Of a stretch of DNA of 64,000 bases, positions 26,937 through 40,769 are shown piece after piece. Below the pieces are notes generated by a model. It saw nothing but the letters and a program-made list of their open reading frames with translations, was not told where the DNA came from and did not search any database. Numbering within the stretch: the first letter of the stretch is position 1; every line of letters starts with the position of its first letter. A program made the translations under genes and the position numbers. Source of the DNA: Octopus sinensis (Eukaryota); contig NC_043003.1 of assembly GCF_006345805.1 (NCBI RefSeq), positions 54,870,001-54,934,000 on the forward strand. The letters are read 5' to 3'.

Positions 26937-27146
26937 ATGACAGATCTATTGGACTTTCAAAGAGGTAAAATTGTTAGTGTTAATATGGCAGGCACTAGCA
27001 TACCGAAAACAGCCGAAATGTTTCGTGTATCAAGAAGTACTGTCTCTAAACTAATGACGGCCTTTGAGAAAGAGGTTAGAAACCTCCCCCATCAGAACAA
27101 AACTCCGGAATAAAACCAAAACTTTCAGTTAGGGACCGTCGGACTC
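26937..27146 (+). pseudogene. Tc1-family transposase N-terminus (left piece; continues at 32331-32452)
   Basis: MTDLLDFQRGKIV..TAEMFRVSRSTVSK..PKLSVRDRRT, resuming as TQIVGKDHKRTVSKITTELNDHL..RTVHRELHKSGFH after the LINE. Confidence 0.88.
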
Positions 27147-28461
27147 ACACAGTACTTCTAGTCGGCTGAGGCTGACGTGTATTCACTGCTCCGACCTGTC
27201 AGCGGCCGAAGACACAGAAGACACAGAAACACAAATACAACCCAGCAGGACTACTGATAAACAACTGTAAATACTGGAAGATCTAATATTTTCTGTGAGT
27301 AATTTGAATTTCCCTGAAAATAAGTTAAAATCTTACAAACCTACAGTTTGGGACAAACAAACAAACACCTATCAAAATTTTTAGAAACATAAGTATCTCC
27401 ATTTTTTGTGTGAACATTTTGTCGTCACCTCTTCCTTGAGTATCAGAATATGTAAAAATGCCTTTTGTAACAACACAATTAAATGCACGCTAAAATTATG
27501 GACGTAAGCACCTGCTAACCTTTATTTTCTTCTTGACTACCCGAAATATGCAAACATACTTTTTATTGCAATCACAGAAATAAACACGTGGAGAATAATA
27601 ATAAAAAAAAAAATAAATAAATAAAAATATATAAAAAAAACACTCATTATAGTTTCTCTCTGCTCGTACACGACTCTATTCACAAGTACTGTTCATAGTC
27701 GGCCCCTCCTTGATTTTTCTCAAAGTCAAGGTCACTGTTCGCAAGTTCCATCAACCACATAGTAAACATTTGAACTCTCTTCGACCGACCGTTCTTCATC
27801 CCACTTTATGAAAGCAGTAGTTGCTGCTACAGCTACTACTACTACTGCTATCAGAATTTACTGCTGCTACTACTACTGCTACAATTAGAAACACAAGTTG
27901 ACGATGACATCGAGATGTTTTTCCCCGTGTCTGAATTATACCGGTGGCATCAATGAAAAATCCCTTTCTTTTTCTTTGTTGGGAGAAAAGAGAATTTACA
28001 GTAAAAACAAATCCTCAGCCCTCAGAAATATTTTAAAAGGGAAAAACGTGAGGAAGAAAAAAAAGAAAATTCAAGTAAATTAACGATAGACAAAAACATG
28101 AGCCTTCTCGCACATAAACACATTATTCCCACATATACAAACATACGCAGAGGCAAATATTGAAGTACTAAATGGCACGTCAAATGATATTTAACAGTGT
28201 GGAACATTTTACATGCATATCAATATTCTAAAGTCGGACCTACTATTCCTTATCCTAAAGCTGCTTCAGATAACTAGGAAGGGTTCCTGACTCGTTTCAC
28301 CGTCTGCTTTCAGTCTTGGATTGTGATTCGGTTCAGCCAAAACTCTCTTAGATTTTGTCTGCTGTTGCCTACTCCTACAAGGATTGCAGCTGTTTTTGTT
28401 CCTGCTTTAACTCAAATTTTTCCTAGAGCCCATAGAGGATTGTTTTTGTCAACCATCTATC

Positions 28462-29738
28462 ATGTCAACTACCTACAGATCGAAACTGAGATCTGCGAGA
28501 AGGGCTCGCACTGTTGATCCTTTTTTGGAGAATTCAGTTGGTGAGGCGATCGGTGATATCAGGCTTTCACATGGGAGCCCTGAAATCAGCACTTCTCATC
28601 AGGATGATGGTCCTACCAACAGTCATCTCAACGAGCAGTTGCTGTTGCTCAAACAAGAGGTCGAGCACCTAAAGTCTGTTGTTGCTCATTTACTGAATAA
28701 ACAGTCTCCTATTGACGCAGACCCACCCTTGATTTCTTCCCTGAAGATGTCCAAACTGAAGGGAACAAAATCGAAGCGGCCAAAGAAGGCGAAGGAACCG
28801 GCGGTCTTTTCTGCACATGACCGTTCCTGTGCGGATTCTTCCTCATCTACCTTTTCGGTCCCGGAGGTTCCCCAACCTAATTTGAGGAGCGTAGGCTCAA
28901 ACCCACCTGAAGACCGTTGTTCTCCCAAAAAGAAGAAACGTAGTCAAAACTCCAGTGGGGCAGATTTCGCTACGAAACCTGCTCACGATAAAATCTGTTT
29001 GGATTCTCCCTCACTTGTCCTTCCAATTAATGGCATTGCTCAACCAATTCTGAATGATTTTGATGTGAGTTCATCTGAGGAGTGGTGTTCCTCCAAACCG
29101 AAGAAGAGGCAGTGCAGTTCCAAACCAGGCGGGAAAGTTATGACCACTAAACCCATTCCGATCGACCCCAAAGGCCGATATAAGTCTGATGGCTATGAAA
29201 CCACCCTTTCGAAATCATCCAACGAAGAATCGAATGCCGCAGCTCATAGTAGAGAACAGAAAGACCATTTGCCCACTCAAGATCAGCAATTATTTATGGT
29301 AAAGTTGAATTCATCTGTGATACAGGCATAAAAGAAGACATAAATTTTGCTTCCGTTTTAGTTGGAGAATTGTTCTCTGTCAACGAAAATGTCAGTATTC
29401 ATAAGGTCGCTCGGCTAGGAAGATTCCAAGCGAACTCAACCTCAGACACTAGACCACGCCCAATAAGAGTAATCTTTTCTTCAGATCAGGAGGCTTCAAC
29501 CTTTCTGAACAGAGCTCAGATGCATGCCTGGGAGGACCCCAATTTGGGTTTTCGCGAGGAATACTCACTGAGAGAGAGAATTCGCCGGAGAAACCTAATA
29601 TCCGAACTGAAGATGAGAAAACAGATGGGAGAGAAGGGTTTACGCATCCAAGATGGACAAATAATCAAGTCCTACCTCTGGTCGCATGCTGTAGCGCTGA
29701 CAGGGAACGTGAATCGAGGGCGAATCGAAGTAAAGTAG
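28462..29738 (+). pseudogene. LINE ORF1 (coiled coil, K/S/P-rich linker, RLGR..RPRPIRV domain), interrupted near 29331
   Basis: ORFs 28462-29331 and 29370-29738. Confidence 0.82.
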
Positions 29739-29809
29739 ATACCCTCGTCAACGATGCTATCTCTGATACCCCTTATTCTGCTTGTTCCCCAATTCCCATC
29801 TCAAAAAAT

Positions 29810-32245
29810 TCACAGCTCAGCATCGTCTATACCAACTAGTGCTCCTTATTTCCAAAGTTCAGCGAACTTTTTACATTGACCATGCGTGATTGCCCTGATG
29901 TGATAGCTATCACCGAGACTTGGTTGACCTACAACAAAATTCGTTGCCGTCTATTGCAAGCTGAGCCTATTTGGGTTTTGCCTGCCCGTGTTAGCTGTCT
30001 ACAGGCCGCCTCTTGCCGACCCCCAGGACGATGCTCATTTACTCGAAGCGATAAGATTCGTTTCAGCTTCTCATGACTGTTTGATATTAGGAGACTTCAA
30101 CGCTCCCACGATCGATTGGCCCGCATCAATTTGTACATCATCTTCCCGGTTCGGCCAGGCCCTTCTTGATGTGGCTGAAGATTGTTTTCTATCGCAACAT
30201 GTTGAATATCCGACAAGGCATCGGTCACCTATGCTGGATCTGGTATTCTCCCGCTATCCAAGATCAGTGTCAGACGTATCTGTGTGCGCCCCTCTTGCCA
30301 AGAGTGATCATGTGGTCCTGAAGTTCGTCATGCACACAACTTTTTCTACGCCCACGACTACTTCGCTGCCACTTAGAGTCTACTCTGCAATTAATCTTGA
30401 AATTCTAACCGAGGCTTCCGCGCTTCTGGACTGGCGATCCCTGATGACGTTGTCCTCAGTTGACGAACTATGGTCGTCCCTCAAAGCATATGTAATCTGG
30501 TTGACTGACCAAGCAATTCCCGTTGGGCTTCCCAAAAATAAGAAACACAAGCCCTGGGTGCCGAAGAAGGTTAAACGAGAACTTCGACTCAGCTGAATTC
30601 AAAAATCAGCTTGGGCTGAATTCAAAAATCTGGATTCGACTGCAGCTTTTGAGGTGTACAAAACTCAACGAGACCGAGCTGTGAAAATTGAAAAGGAAGA
30701 ACGCTTCAGATATGAATACAGAATCGCAGCAAACGCCAATAGCAATCCAAAAACCTTCTTTGCCCATGTCCAACGGAATTCCCGCTTGAACAACCAAATT
30801 GCAACGTTGGTAGACTCAACAGGCGTATCGATTGAGGACCCTTATCAACAGAGTCAATTATTTCCTGAGACTTTTTCAACTATTTTCAAACAAGAAGATG
30901 GTCGTGAACCTCCTCCATTTGATAGATCAGTACCCCCAATGCTTCGATTGGTCATCACGCGGGACGAAGTCGAACGCGTTATTCAAGGCCTCGATGTCAA
31001 CAAGGGTCACGGCCCTGATGACATACACCCACGGGTTATCAAAGCGTTGGCTCCGGTCATCTGCCAGCCCTTAACACGTCTATTCAATATGTCATTGGCG
31101 ACGGGTGTTATACCTGCGGACTGGAGAACAGCGATAATCTGCATAATTTTCAAGAAAGGGAGCTGCGAAGACCCGCTTAACTACCGACCGGTTTCCCTTA
31201 CATCAATAATCAGCAAGATGTTCGAAACCATCCTTAAGAAACGTATGATGCTCCACCTCCAAAACACAGCCTCTATCTCTGATTCCCAACACGGCTTCGT
31301 GCCGAAGAGATCATGCTTGACCAACGTACTGGTAATAGAAGAATTGGTGACGCGCATTCTCGATGATAGTGATGCTATCGTTTTTGACATCGTTTTATTG
31401 GACTTTGCCAAAGCTTTTGACTCGGTAAACCACCGCCTATTACTTGTCAAGCTTCAAGCATATAGTTTCCATCCGGATATTGTACGATGAGTTGGTGCCT
31501 TCCTCTCAGATCGCTCTTTCCAAGTCCAAGTTAATGGTTCGCGGTCCGACGTCTCCAGTGCGAGCAGTGGCGTGCCTCAAGGTTTAGTGTTCCTGCAACT
31601 CAACTTGATTTCTAGCCGGGTCGTCTGCTGCTGGAGAGGGCCGATCAGGTAAAGGACCTGGGTATCTTGGGGGATTCCTCCTTTTCGCTTTCGGCCCAGT
31701 GCGTCCATGCTGCCAACAAAGCACGCGGAGTTCTATTCTTGATTCGACGGTCATTCGGAATGCTCACAGCAGCCATATTACTACCGCTCTATGTCACGCT
31801 GGTGAGACCCATATTGGAGTACGGGATTCAAGCCTCTACTCCTTATCTCCTCAAAGACATACAGCATCTCGAAAGAGTCCAGAAGATAGCTACCCGCATG
31901 GTTCTTGGTCTCAAGAATTTATCCTATGAAGAAAGGCTGAAGACGCTCGACCTTTATTCTCTAGAAAAACGACGACACCGTGGTGATCTCATTCTTGCTC
32001 ACAACATCATAAGCGGAAAGTGTAACCTCTCGAAAGAGCTGTTCTTCACTCCTGCTCCAGAGCGTCGGCTGCGGGTCACTCCGAAGAGCTCTATCTGCGA
32101 TAATTTCATTTCAATCGAAGGAGAGTGGCTTTCTCCGACCGGGTTGCGGATCCGTGGAATAAGCTGCCGGACGAGATGGTGAGGATGCCGACGACGCTCG
32201 GTTCAAAGTATCCCTTGACCACAAGTGGCCTGAACTCTTTACATG
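29810..32245 (+). pseudogene. LINE ORF2 APE endonuclease + reverse transcriptase, inactivated
   Basis: IAITETWL, YRPP, GDFNAP, LDLVF, SDH; GPDDIHP, YRPVSLTS, QHGF, LDFAKAFDSV, GVPQG. The YADD region is deleted at ~31592; several stops and frameshifts. Confidence 0.95.
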
Positions 32246-32330
32246 AACACCACCCTGTACATAACTCCATGTCCCCCCTACATGGCATTGCTTTTTGCTT
32301 TTTGAGCCAAAAAATTAACTAATAACTAAC

Positions 32331-32452
32331 TACGCAAATTGTTGGAAAGGATCACAAACGTACAGTTTCGAAAATTACTACAGAGCTTAATGACCACCTC
32401 TAGAACAGTTCACCGGGAGCTGCACAAATCGGGATTTCACTGCCATCAAAAA
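32331..32452 (+). pseudogene. Tc1 transposase remnant, right piece
   Basis: Continuation of the 26937-27146 reading frame. Confidence 0.82.
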
Positions 32453-32689
32453 CATTGATGATCTTTAATTTACAGAAAACATTAGGAATTTTGAGGGAAG
32501 TCGGTATGTTGACACCATCAAACCTAGTATCTTACTGGTACTTTCATTTGTCGAAATAATGAAAGCAGAACATAAAAGCTAATGTTCCTCAAGGTCTTTT
32601 TACGATGCTTGTTGTTTGGTTGCTAGCGGCTGCCAGCTTAAATTTTCTGTTTGAATTGATTTCATATTTAGTGTAATGATACACATTTA

Positions 32690-33482
32690 TAGGCTAATTA
32701 ATGACGTGAATGTAATTTTCTCAATAAATCAATAAATAAAGAGTTATTAGTAATTAAATTTTGAAAATTTTGGTAATTTTAGCCAATCATAAACCACAGA
32801 CACATTCATGTATGTTTCAATAGTAACAAGAACTCTTTCACATATTGCCATAGTAACAGTCTTTGAAAAGTCTGCGAGGAAGCACGTGTTGATAGCAGTC
32901 AACCGAGGAAGGGTCCTACCTTAACAGTGGGTTTTCAGAGGAGTATTTCACGGGACTAGACAGGTTTTTCTATATGCATATTTAGATTGTAATTAAAGAT
33001 ATTTAAATTGTTTGCTTAGTGTTTGTTTCTTTTGTCATTGAACACTAAGGTGGTTGTGAGGTGTGCTAAAAATAAAAGTTAATAAGATTTTTTGGATAAA
33101 TCTTTAAATTAAAGCTTATTTGCCAAAATCTCGCACATATATTTAAACCTAACAGTTTTTCTATTTTAAATTAACATAAACATTTGTTTGCATAAAAGAA
33201 AATTACCGGAGACATAACGCGTGTGATTTAGAAATATTGACAACACGTGCTATTTTCAGGATATTGACGACCAAATATGCAGTCACACATAAAATGGCAG
33301 CTTTCAAATCCTGTTTCTTGACTGGGTGAAAATGATCCAACTTTTAACGTCTATAACATTTTTAAAACATTTCTCTTGAAAAAATGAAATAACTCCAGCA
33401 ATTCAGTTTGGGAAAGTGCATTACTGTGCCAAATTAAAAAAAAATCGGTAAACTTTAATTTTTGGAGCCATTACCAACTTAA
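32690..33482. mobile_element. Possible non-autonomous DNA transposon end (Kolobok-like, TTAA terminus)
   Basis: Ends ...AAATCGGTAAACTTTAATTTTTGGAGCCATTACCAAC-TTAA; partner TIR not found. Confidence 0.3.
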
Positions 33483-34184
33483 ACAGAAAAGATCTCAAAA
33501 AGGTAATTCGGAAGAAATGCCGATAAACATTTTTTTCCTGTGTGCTAACGATTCTGCCAGCACATCGATTTTGAACGTCGTAATACAAACAACAATAGAT
33601 ATGAGAATCTTTAAATGCGTTTAATATGTTTTATAAAAGCTTATATGTACACAGATTAGATTCAGTGTAGAAATCAGATGAAAGAAATTCCTATCTATTT
33701 ACAAATTTGATACGCAAAACTAGAAACGAACGAATTATAACTACATATAAAGCAGGAAGTAGAAGCATGATGACAAACAAATATACATATGCACTTACAA
33801 ATATATATATGTGTGTGTGTATGTGTATGTGTGAGTGTGTGTGGTTTATATACTCGATAACTCTATGCTAACATTTATTGTTTTGAAAGAAGCTGAATTA
33901 GAAAGCAAGCGAGTTGATGAGCCAAAGTAAATAAAGGTGGGAAAGTAGAATCAAATACCTAACCAAACAAAGCAAGTGAAATCTTAGAAAAGTAAACTGG
34001 GAGGTATTACTGAAAGGAATACTCTGTTATGTAGGATTACAAATCTACAGAAGAATTCAAAAGCGGACCCAGGAAATAACGTTTTAAAATCTGTAATTAG
34101 ACGTTAAGATTTAATAGCCTGACAACACTGTAAATCTGCTTCTATATTGATGCCATGAAATATGACAGTATTCAACACACTCTG

Positions 34185-34292
34185 ATCTCTCTCTCTTTCT
34201 CTCCCCCCTCTCTCTCTTTCTGTCTCTCTATCCATCTCTCTCTCTCCATTTATCTATCTATCTATTCATCCGTCCATCCGCAATTCTGTCTG

Positions 34293-34327
<35 letters not shown>

Positions 34328-34484
34328 GTGTCTGTTTGTCGGTATCTCTCTCCATCTCTCTCTCTCTCTCTATCTATCTATTTATCTATCTATCTATCTG
34401 TCTGTCTCTCTGTCTGTCTATCGGTCTGTCTATCAGCCTATTGCCTGTCTGTCTGCCTGCCTGTTTGTCTGCCTGCCTGTTTGT

Positions 34485-34553
<69 letters not shown>

Positions 34554-35196
34554 AGTCTGTTCCTCTCTCTCTCTCTCTCTCTCTGACTTTCTTCATGTAT
34601 CTATCAATCTATCTATCTGTCGATCTGTCTATGTCTCTCTATGTGTATGTTTTTAGTATATGTGTGAATACTGATAGAATTTCTGAAATACAACAATTTC
34701 TGTAAAAACGTTTTTTAATCTATTTAATGTAATATATTATACAGACTTACACAGAAAACCAAATTTTTGTAATATGATGTAAGCGATTTGACAAAGACAA
34801 ACCAAGGCGTACATGTTAGAAATATATATAATCACCCAGACGTACGGACACACACACAGACGAACACACGCACACTCATTCGCATATACATGTATATGTG
34901 AGCACCGAGTAATATGTAGGCTGTATGTGGTTTTTGTGACTGTCACAAAAGCGTCTCATTATATAAGATGTTGTATGTCATTATTTAAAATGTCAATATT
35001 ACGGGCAACTTATTTTATATTTTCACATCTCTTTACTAATTAATGAGCAACATTCTTATTCACAGTTACATAGATACATAAATACATTCATTTATACATA
35101 GATACACACACACGCACACCCATACACACACACACACACACACACACTTGCCTGTGTATATAGGTATGTATTTATACGTGTGTGTGTGTACAAATG

Positions 35197-35250
<54 letters not shown>

Positions 35251-35482
35251 CAGGTAGACAGATAGATAGATTTCTTTATTGGCCACGCAGGGCTAAATAC
35301 GGAAGGGACAAAATACAAAGTAGAGCTTTTCTTTTTGGGAAAAAGTGAAGGGAAAAAAGGGGGGCGGGCAAATTCCGATCAAAAGGGATCGTTAAAAAAG
35401 GGGGGTGCGAATTCTGATCAAAAGGAATTGTGAAAAAAGAGGGAATTCCGATCAAAAGGGATCGTGAAAAAAAAAGGCAGAC

Positions 35483-35524
<42 letters not shown>

Positions 35525-35568
35525 CTAGATAGATAAATAGATAGACAGATGGATAAATAGATAGACAA

Positions 35569-35633
<65 letters not shown>

Positions 35634-35678
35634 TAGATAGATAGACAGACAGACAAATAGACATACAGACAGACAGAC

Positions 35679-35753
<75 letters not shown>

Positions 35754-35770
35754 CAGACAGATAGATAGAT
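34185..35770. repeat. (TCTA/TCTG/CCTG)n and (GATA/GACA)n microsatellites; ~38-bp x3 minisatellite at 35340-35478
   Basis: Direct inspection; unit AAAAAGGGG..AATTCCGATCAAAAGGGATCGT. Confidence 0.9.
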
Positions 35771-35819
35771 AAAGAAATAAAATCTATAAGTCACAAAAAA
35801 TGTAGGCAGTGATACATAG

Positions 35820-36502
35820 GCAGGGATATTATTATTAAATTGCAATATCTCATATCAATCACTTTGCCAATGAATTTCGGAGAGGAGCTGAGCTAATTCA
35901 GACAATCAGCAAAAAGCAAAAGAAGCTGTAATGACTAATGTGGCTTTATGTCTTTTCCACATCTCATCCTTGGATCTCACGGCTGTTGTTCAGAAACGGA
36001 TCAAAACCTTCCATGTAGGAGCCCAGGGATAAAATTTTCGTGGTTCATCGGAGTTAAGCTCATTGGGGGAAGAGTAAAGGCCCCCACCCACGGTATGGAA
36101 CATACTTGTATGTAGGCCAAGGTGTTAGGTCATAAGTGAAGGCAAGTAGATTAGAACTATGAAGGAAGTTAAGAAAGGCTGGTATATGGTGACAGAAGGT
36201 GAATTATAAAAGCAAACTCTCTCCCACTTCTCGAAACGTGAATGGTGGCCTCTCCTCTTCAGCCAATGAACTTAGCTCCAAGATTTCGTTCCGTCTTTTA
36301 ACGACAGCCGTGAGATCTACGGATGAAATGTATCGATTTCATCCCCCTGTGGAAAAGGACATGACGCCACATTATTCATTTCAGCTTCTTTTTCTTTTGT
36401 TTTTTGCTGATTTCCTGCATTAGCTCAACGCCTCTCCAAAATTCATCGGTAAAAGGAATAATATAAGAATATAATATCGCAATTTAATAATAATGTCCCT
36501 GC
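35820..36502. mobile_element. MITE/fold-back element with ~180-200-bp diverged TIRs
   Basis: GCAGGGATATTTATTATTAAATTGC...GGCTGTTGTT (left) versus ACGACAGCCGTGAGATC...GCAATTTAATAATAATGTCCCTGC (right). No clear TSD. Confidence 0.82.
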
Positions 36503-37205
36503 GAACTGGTGAACTTTGTTGCATTCTCTAGCACTGTATTTATGTTGAGCAAGATTACTAACCACTTATGTACACTTATTTTGTAAACTTATGTACAGCT
36601 CTACCATTTCCTGACATGATATAATCATCAGATGTATTAAAATCATTATATCCGTTATCTACCTCAAGTGGCTGAGTGTCGTCCGGTGGGTAATGTGTAA
36701 ATACAGCCGATATCAATAATTATTTTTTCCCTAACAATAATACTCTTTACGCATGTACGCATGCAATGGAAACCTCACATTTTGTTGTAACAAATTTCAC
36801 TCGCAAAGATCAATTGTTGCGAAATTTCGATCTTATCGGATACATTCGTTCGCAGTTTTACATCGCGGAATCGCAAACTGAACAGTAGGGAGGCAACAAG
36901 AACACCTATCACAGTCAATCTTGTAAGATTTATATTTGAATAAGTGAAAGGGCGCGAAGATAATCTGGCATGTGCTGATCTGATTCAACTTTTGAAGATT
37001 CCCCCAGTTGCCAACAGCAGCTAGACAAACTGCATATGTCAATGTACAATGAACATATAATAATTTATAGATTTCTACGATAAGGAATATATCGCAATTT
37101 TGATAGCAAAAATCTAGTCAACTGAAGATGGACATCTAATTCTGATTTTGTATATTATGGAGTAACTTCATCTGATTATGTGGTGTTTTCGGCAATATTC
37201 ATGTA

Positions 37206-38504
37206 TTAGGTCGTCAAGTATGAAATTTGTAGTAAGGTATAGGATAAATTTGACAGCTGTTCATTTTGCACGATTATTATATTTTGACAATCTTTATATT
37301 TTGTTAGATTGCTGACACATCTATTTGTTTATTCGAACTAATTTTGCGCTTTGTAAACTATATATAAATCGTTGTTTGCTGTTTTTGTTTAGAGATGGTT
37401 AAGTGGGAAATTCTTACAGTGTGTTCTTTCTTGGAAATGCATATGAGGTCTTTCTTGGAAATACAGCATCACAGACAGCTCAGAATATTAATGGAGTATT
37501 TCATTCTAATGTTATTATACAGCAGACAGTATCAAATTGGTTTGCAAAATATTGTCCTGGTAACTTTGACTTCACAAATGAGCAACGCGGTCGACCAGAA
37601 ACAAAGGTTGATAATGATGAACTGAAATGAAAACTACCGTCGAGTCAGATCCATTTCAAAGTGCCTGTGAATTATCGCTGTTGTTTGGGTTTAATAAGCA
37701 AACGATATTGACTCGCCTAGTTCAAATCGGTAAAGTGAAAAAGTTGGATAAGTGGGTTCCACATGAACTCAATAAAAATCAGAAACAGCAAAGTTTGGAA
37801 GCCCGCATTATGCTACTTTCTCGTCACAAAAATGAATCAATTTTGAATCGAATTGTGACATGTGATGAGAAATGGATCCAATACAACTACCGTAAACGTT
37901 CAGTACAATGGTTGGACAAAGACAAGCCACCAAAACACAGTCCAAAAAGCAAAATTCATTAAAAGAAACTGATAATGTGTGTTTGGTGGTCTGGCGCAGG
38001 TGTGATCCATTATGATTTCATTAAACCTGGTTCATCAATCACAGCCAAAGTATACAGCAGCCAACTGGAACAAAGGATGCAGAAACATACAAAAAACAGC
38101 CTAGATTAGTCAATAGATTCACTCCTATTTTCTTGCAAGACAACGCCAGACCAGACATAGCAAAGATGGCATTGGTGAAACTACAGAATTTGGAGTTGGA
38201 AATTCTCCATAATGCACCATACTCACCTGATCTTGCCCTCAGTGACTACCATTTCTTCCAGAATTTCGATAACTTTTTGATACGAAAAAAAATTCAGACG
38301 ATGCTGTAAAACAGGCCTTCCAAGATTTTATTAACTCTAGATTGCCAGTCTCTAACAGTTACGAGCTGGACAAGCTACCACTGAAATGGCAAAAGAGTAT
38401 AGTCAATACAGGTGCATATTTTGATAAATAAAACTGTTTCTTGTATGTATAAAACATTAGAAAACTTTGTTTCTTTTCTATAAATTTCATACTTGACGAC
38501 CTTA
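37206..38504 (+). mobile_element. Full-length (~1.3 kb) mariner, transposase pseudogenised
   Basis: TIR TTAGGTCGTCAAGTATGAAATTT / AAATTTCATACTTGACGACCTTA; WVPHEL, TCDEKW, QDNARP, YSPDLA-SDY motifs; stops and frameshifts. Confidence 0.95.
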
Positions 38505-39634
38505 GTGTTATGTCGAGTAAAGCCATGTGCATGCAACTAGGTTCTCAGATACTGTTTAGAAGAACTGATAGATTGCATCTGTAATTAGTAGGTCCGGCAA
38601 TCGAACACTTTATTGATTACGAATGAAAATTGCGTTAAGATTTCACGTTTCTGTGATTTTTCAGCTACTTACATATTAATTGAACAAACTTGTAGCTCAG
38701 TTAGTCAAACAACCGATAATTCATCGCGGAAATTGACGGAGATCCGCATGTACATGAGCATACAATATTCTCTGTATGAGGAGATATGAAAGTGAAAAGA
38801 AAAGCTAACAATTCATTGTTTGTGTCCTATGTGTGATATATGGCTCGCAATAGAATAGACTTTATGCAAAATAAAAATCACCGATCAGAAACACACACAT
38901 TCACACACTCTCACATGCTCAGACACACAAATGCTTACACGCATACACATAATAAAGCATCCTCTTAGACATAAATACATACATACATACATACGTACAT
39001 ACGTACATACATATACACACTCACTGGCGCACGTAGTCTTTAATGGAAGTCATTGTTGTCGTCAGTCACTACATGAGATATCATTTCTGCTTCGTTCTAT
39101 TGTCTTCCCTTTTGATATCCGTCAGCTAATTCCCACTTCCGTTGTAAAGAATTTCCCCAGTGATCGCTTCACAAACGTCACTTCCGCCCGAACATTATCT
39201 CAATTTCATTTAAAAACCTTTGATCTGTTCACTATTCACTCAATCAATTCACAATTGACATCTACGTTCTCTGTTCTTTTCATTTGTTTTGCAGGGATAT
39301 TATTTTTCTTAATTTAGTGTTTCTGTTTAAATCTGTTTCTTTTATTCTGTCGTGTCTTTTTTCTCTTCTCTTCTCTTCTAAACTGACGTGTGATTTTTCT
39401 CACAAATACTCTCATTTTCCGCGCTTTGTTCTTCGTTTTCTACTTTGTCTCCTATTACTTCATGTATGTGTACGTACATTGACGTGTGCATGCCTTTGTG
39501 CCTGTATGTATTTAATTAATTGCAGTGAAATTACAACGAATGGGATATGTTGTATATTTTAGCTTCATATATACATATTTTAAATATATAAAAACTTAAG
39601 TACCATATTCAACTGAATCTAAATTTTTACTGAA

Positions 39635-39674
<40 letters not shown>

Positions 39675-39678
<4 letters not shown>

Positions 39679-39956
39679 CTTATATTTACAGATATATATC
39701 TGTAAATTTAATATGTGACAATTATTCGGTAGACATGATAAAACTCCGAGTTTCGCAAGTAGGGGCGGAAACCCACGCCCCCATCTCTTCAGTTGGATAA
39801 CTGAAGAGATAGCGGTGTGGGTTTCCACCCCGACTACCGAAACTCGGATTTTTATCGTGGCTACCGAATAATTGTCACATATTAGATAAATTCCTCTATT
39901 TACATAATATCGAGGTCTCTTTCTTTCTTTTGTTGTCTTACCATTTCTATCAATAC
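39675..39956. mobile_element. Fold-back element (arms 39709-39794 / 39799-39884) with back-to-back hammerheads (family F)
   Basis: + strand: GATAA-CTGAAGA(39801-07)-GATAG..CTACC-GAAA(39839-42)-CTCGGA-TT-TTTATC. Minus copy: CTGAAGA..GAAA-CTCGGAG-TT-TTATC. (TA)n and (TG)n flanks. Confidence 0.82.
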
Positions 39957-40431
39957 ATATGTGTGTGTGTGTGTGTGTGTGTGTGTTGAAATATAACCAT
40001 AACTCAACTTTACAATGTTCTTTCACCTTAGTACATTACCTTTAATCATATTATTACACAGGATATTGTTTTTTATTCTCCAATTCATTGGCTCTTCCAC
40101 TTTTTCACGTAAATATATTTGTGTTATTTTCGCAACATTATTATTTCCAAATTTAGTGAAATTGGTTTCCGTAAATTGATATCAAATTATTATTTAATGG
40201 TAATTTCAGTTATTATATTCGACAATAATTTGTATCATTTATTTATTTTCCTAGCGATATGAGATGTAAGTGAGGTAACATGCATCTGATTATTTTGCCG
40301 TCACTTCCCCGTGTTATTTTAATTGCTAAATGAATATGAATGGTAAAAAGTCTTACGGTTGACTTTCGCAATTTTGCTGGTGTATTCTATGCTGGAAACA
40401 CTAATCGGATCAGATATTACGTGAACAATGT

Positions 40432-40511
40432 GACTAAGTATGTGTATTTACATGAACAAAGGACTAAGTATGTGTATTTACATGAACAAAGGACTAAGTA
40501 TGTGTATTTAC
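40432..40511 (+). repeat. 30-bp tandem repeat x2.7
   Basis: GACTAAGTATGTGTATTTACATGAACAAAG units. Confidence 0.9.
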
Positions 40512-40709
40512 TAAACATTCTTAACAGATCCTTTTGATTATCTAGTGCACATTCTCACCAACGTTGCTCTCGAAATTACGACTTTTGTTGAAACCAGTGT
40601 GACAATGATATCAAAGGTTGGCACATATGTATATGTATATATGTATATATGTATATATATATGTATATTATATATATGTATATATATATATATATATATA
40701 TTAATTATA

Positions 40710-40748
<39 letters not shown>

Positions 40749-40769
40749 GTATATATATATATTTTTTTT

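Larger units (their letters stand above)
27147..32330 (+). mobile_element. ~5.2-kb insertion: near full-length CR1/L2-group LINE with (TAAC)n tail plus 5' extension
   Basis: Boundaries defined by the split Tc1 reading frame; ORF1 + EN-RT ORF2; tail TTAACTAATAACTAAC. Confidence 0.92.

Noticed and set aside
37110-38545. Hammerhead split by the mariner (CTGAAGA at 37122)
   Set aside because: The downstream half lacks GAAA and pairs poorly.
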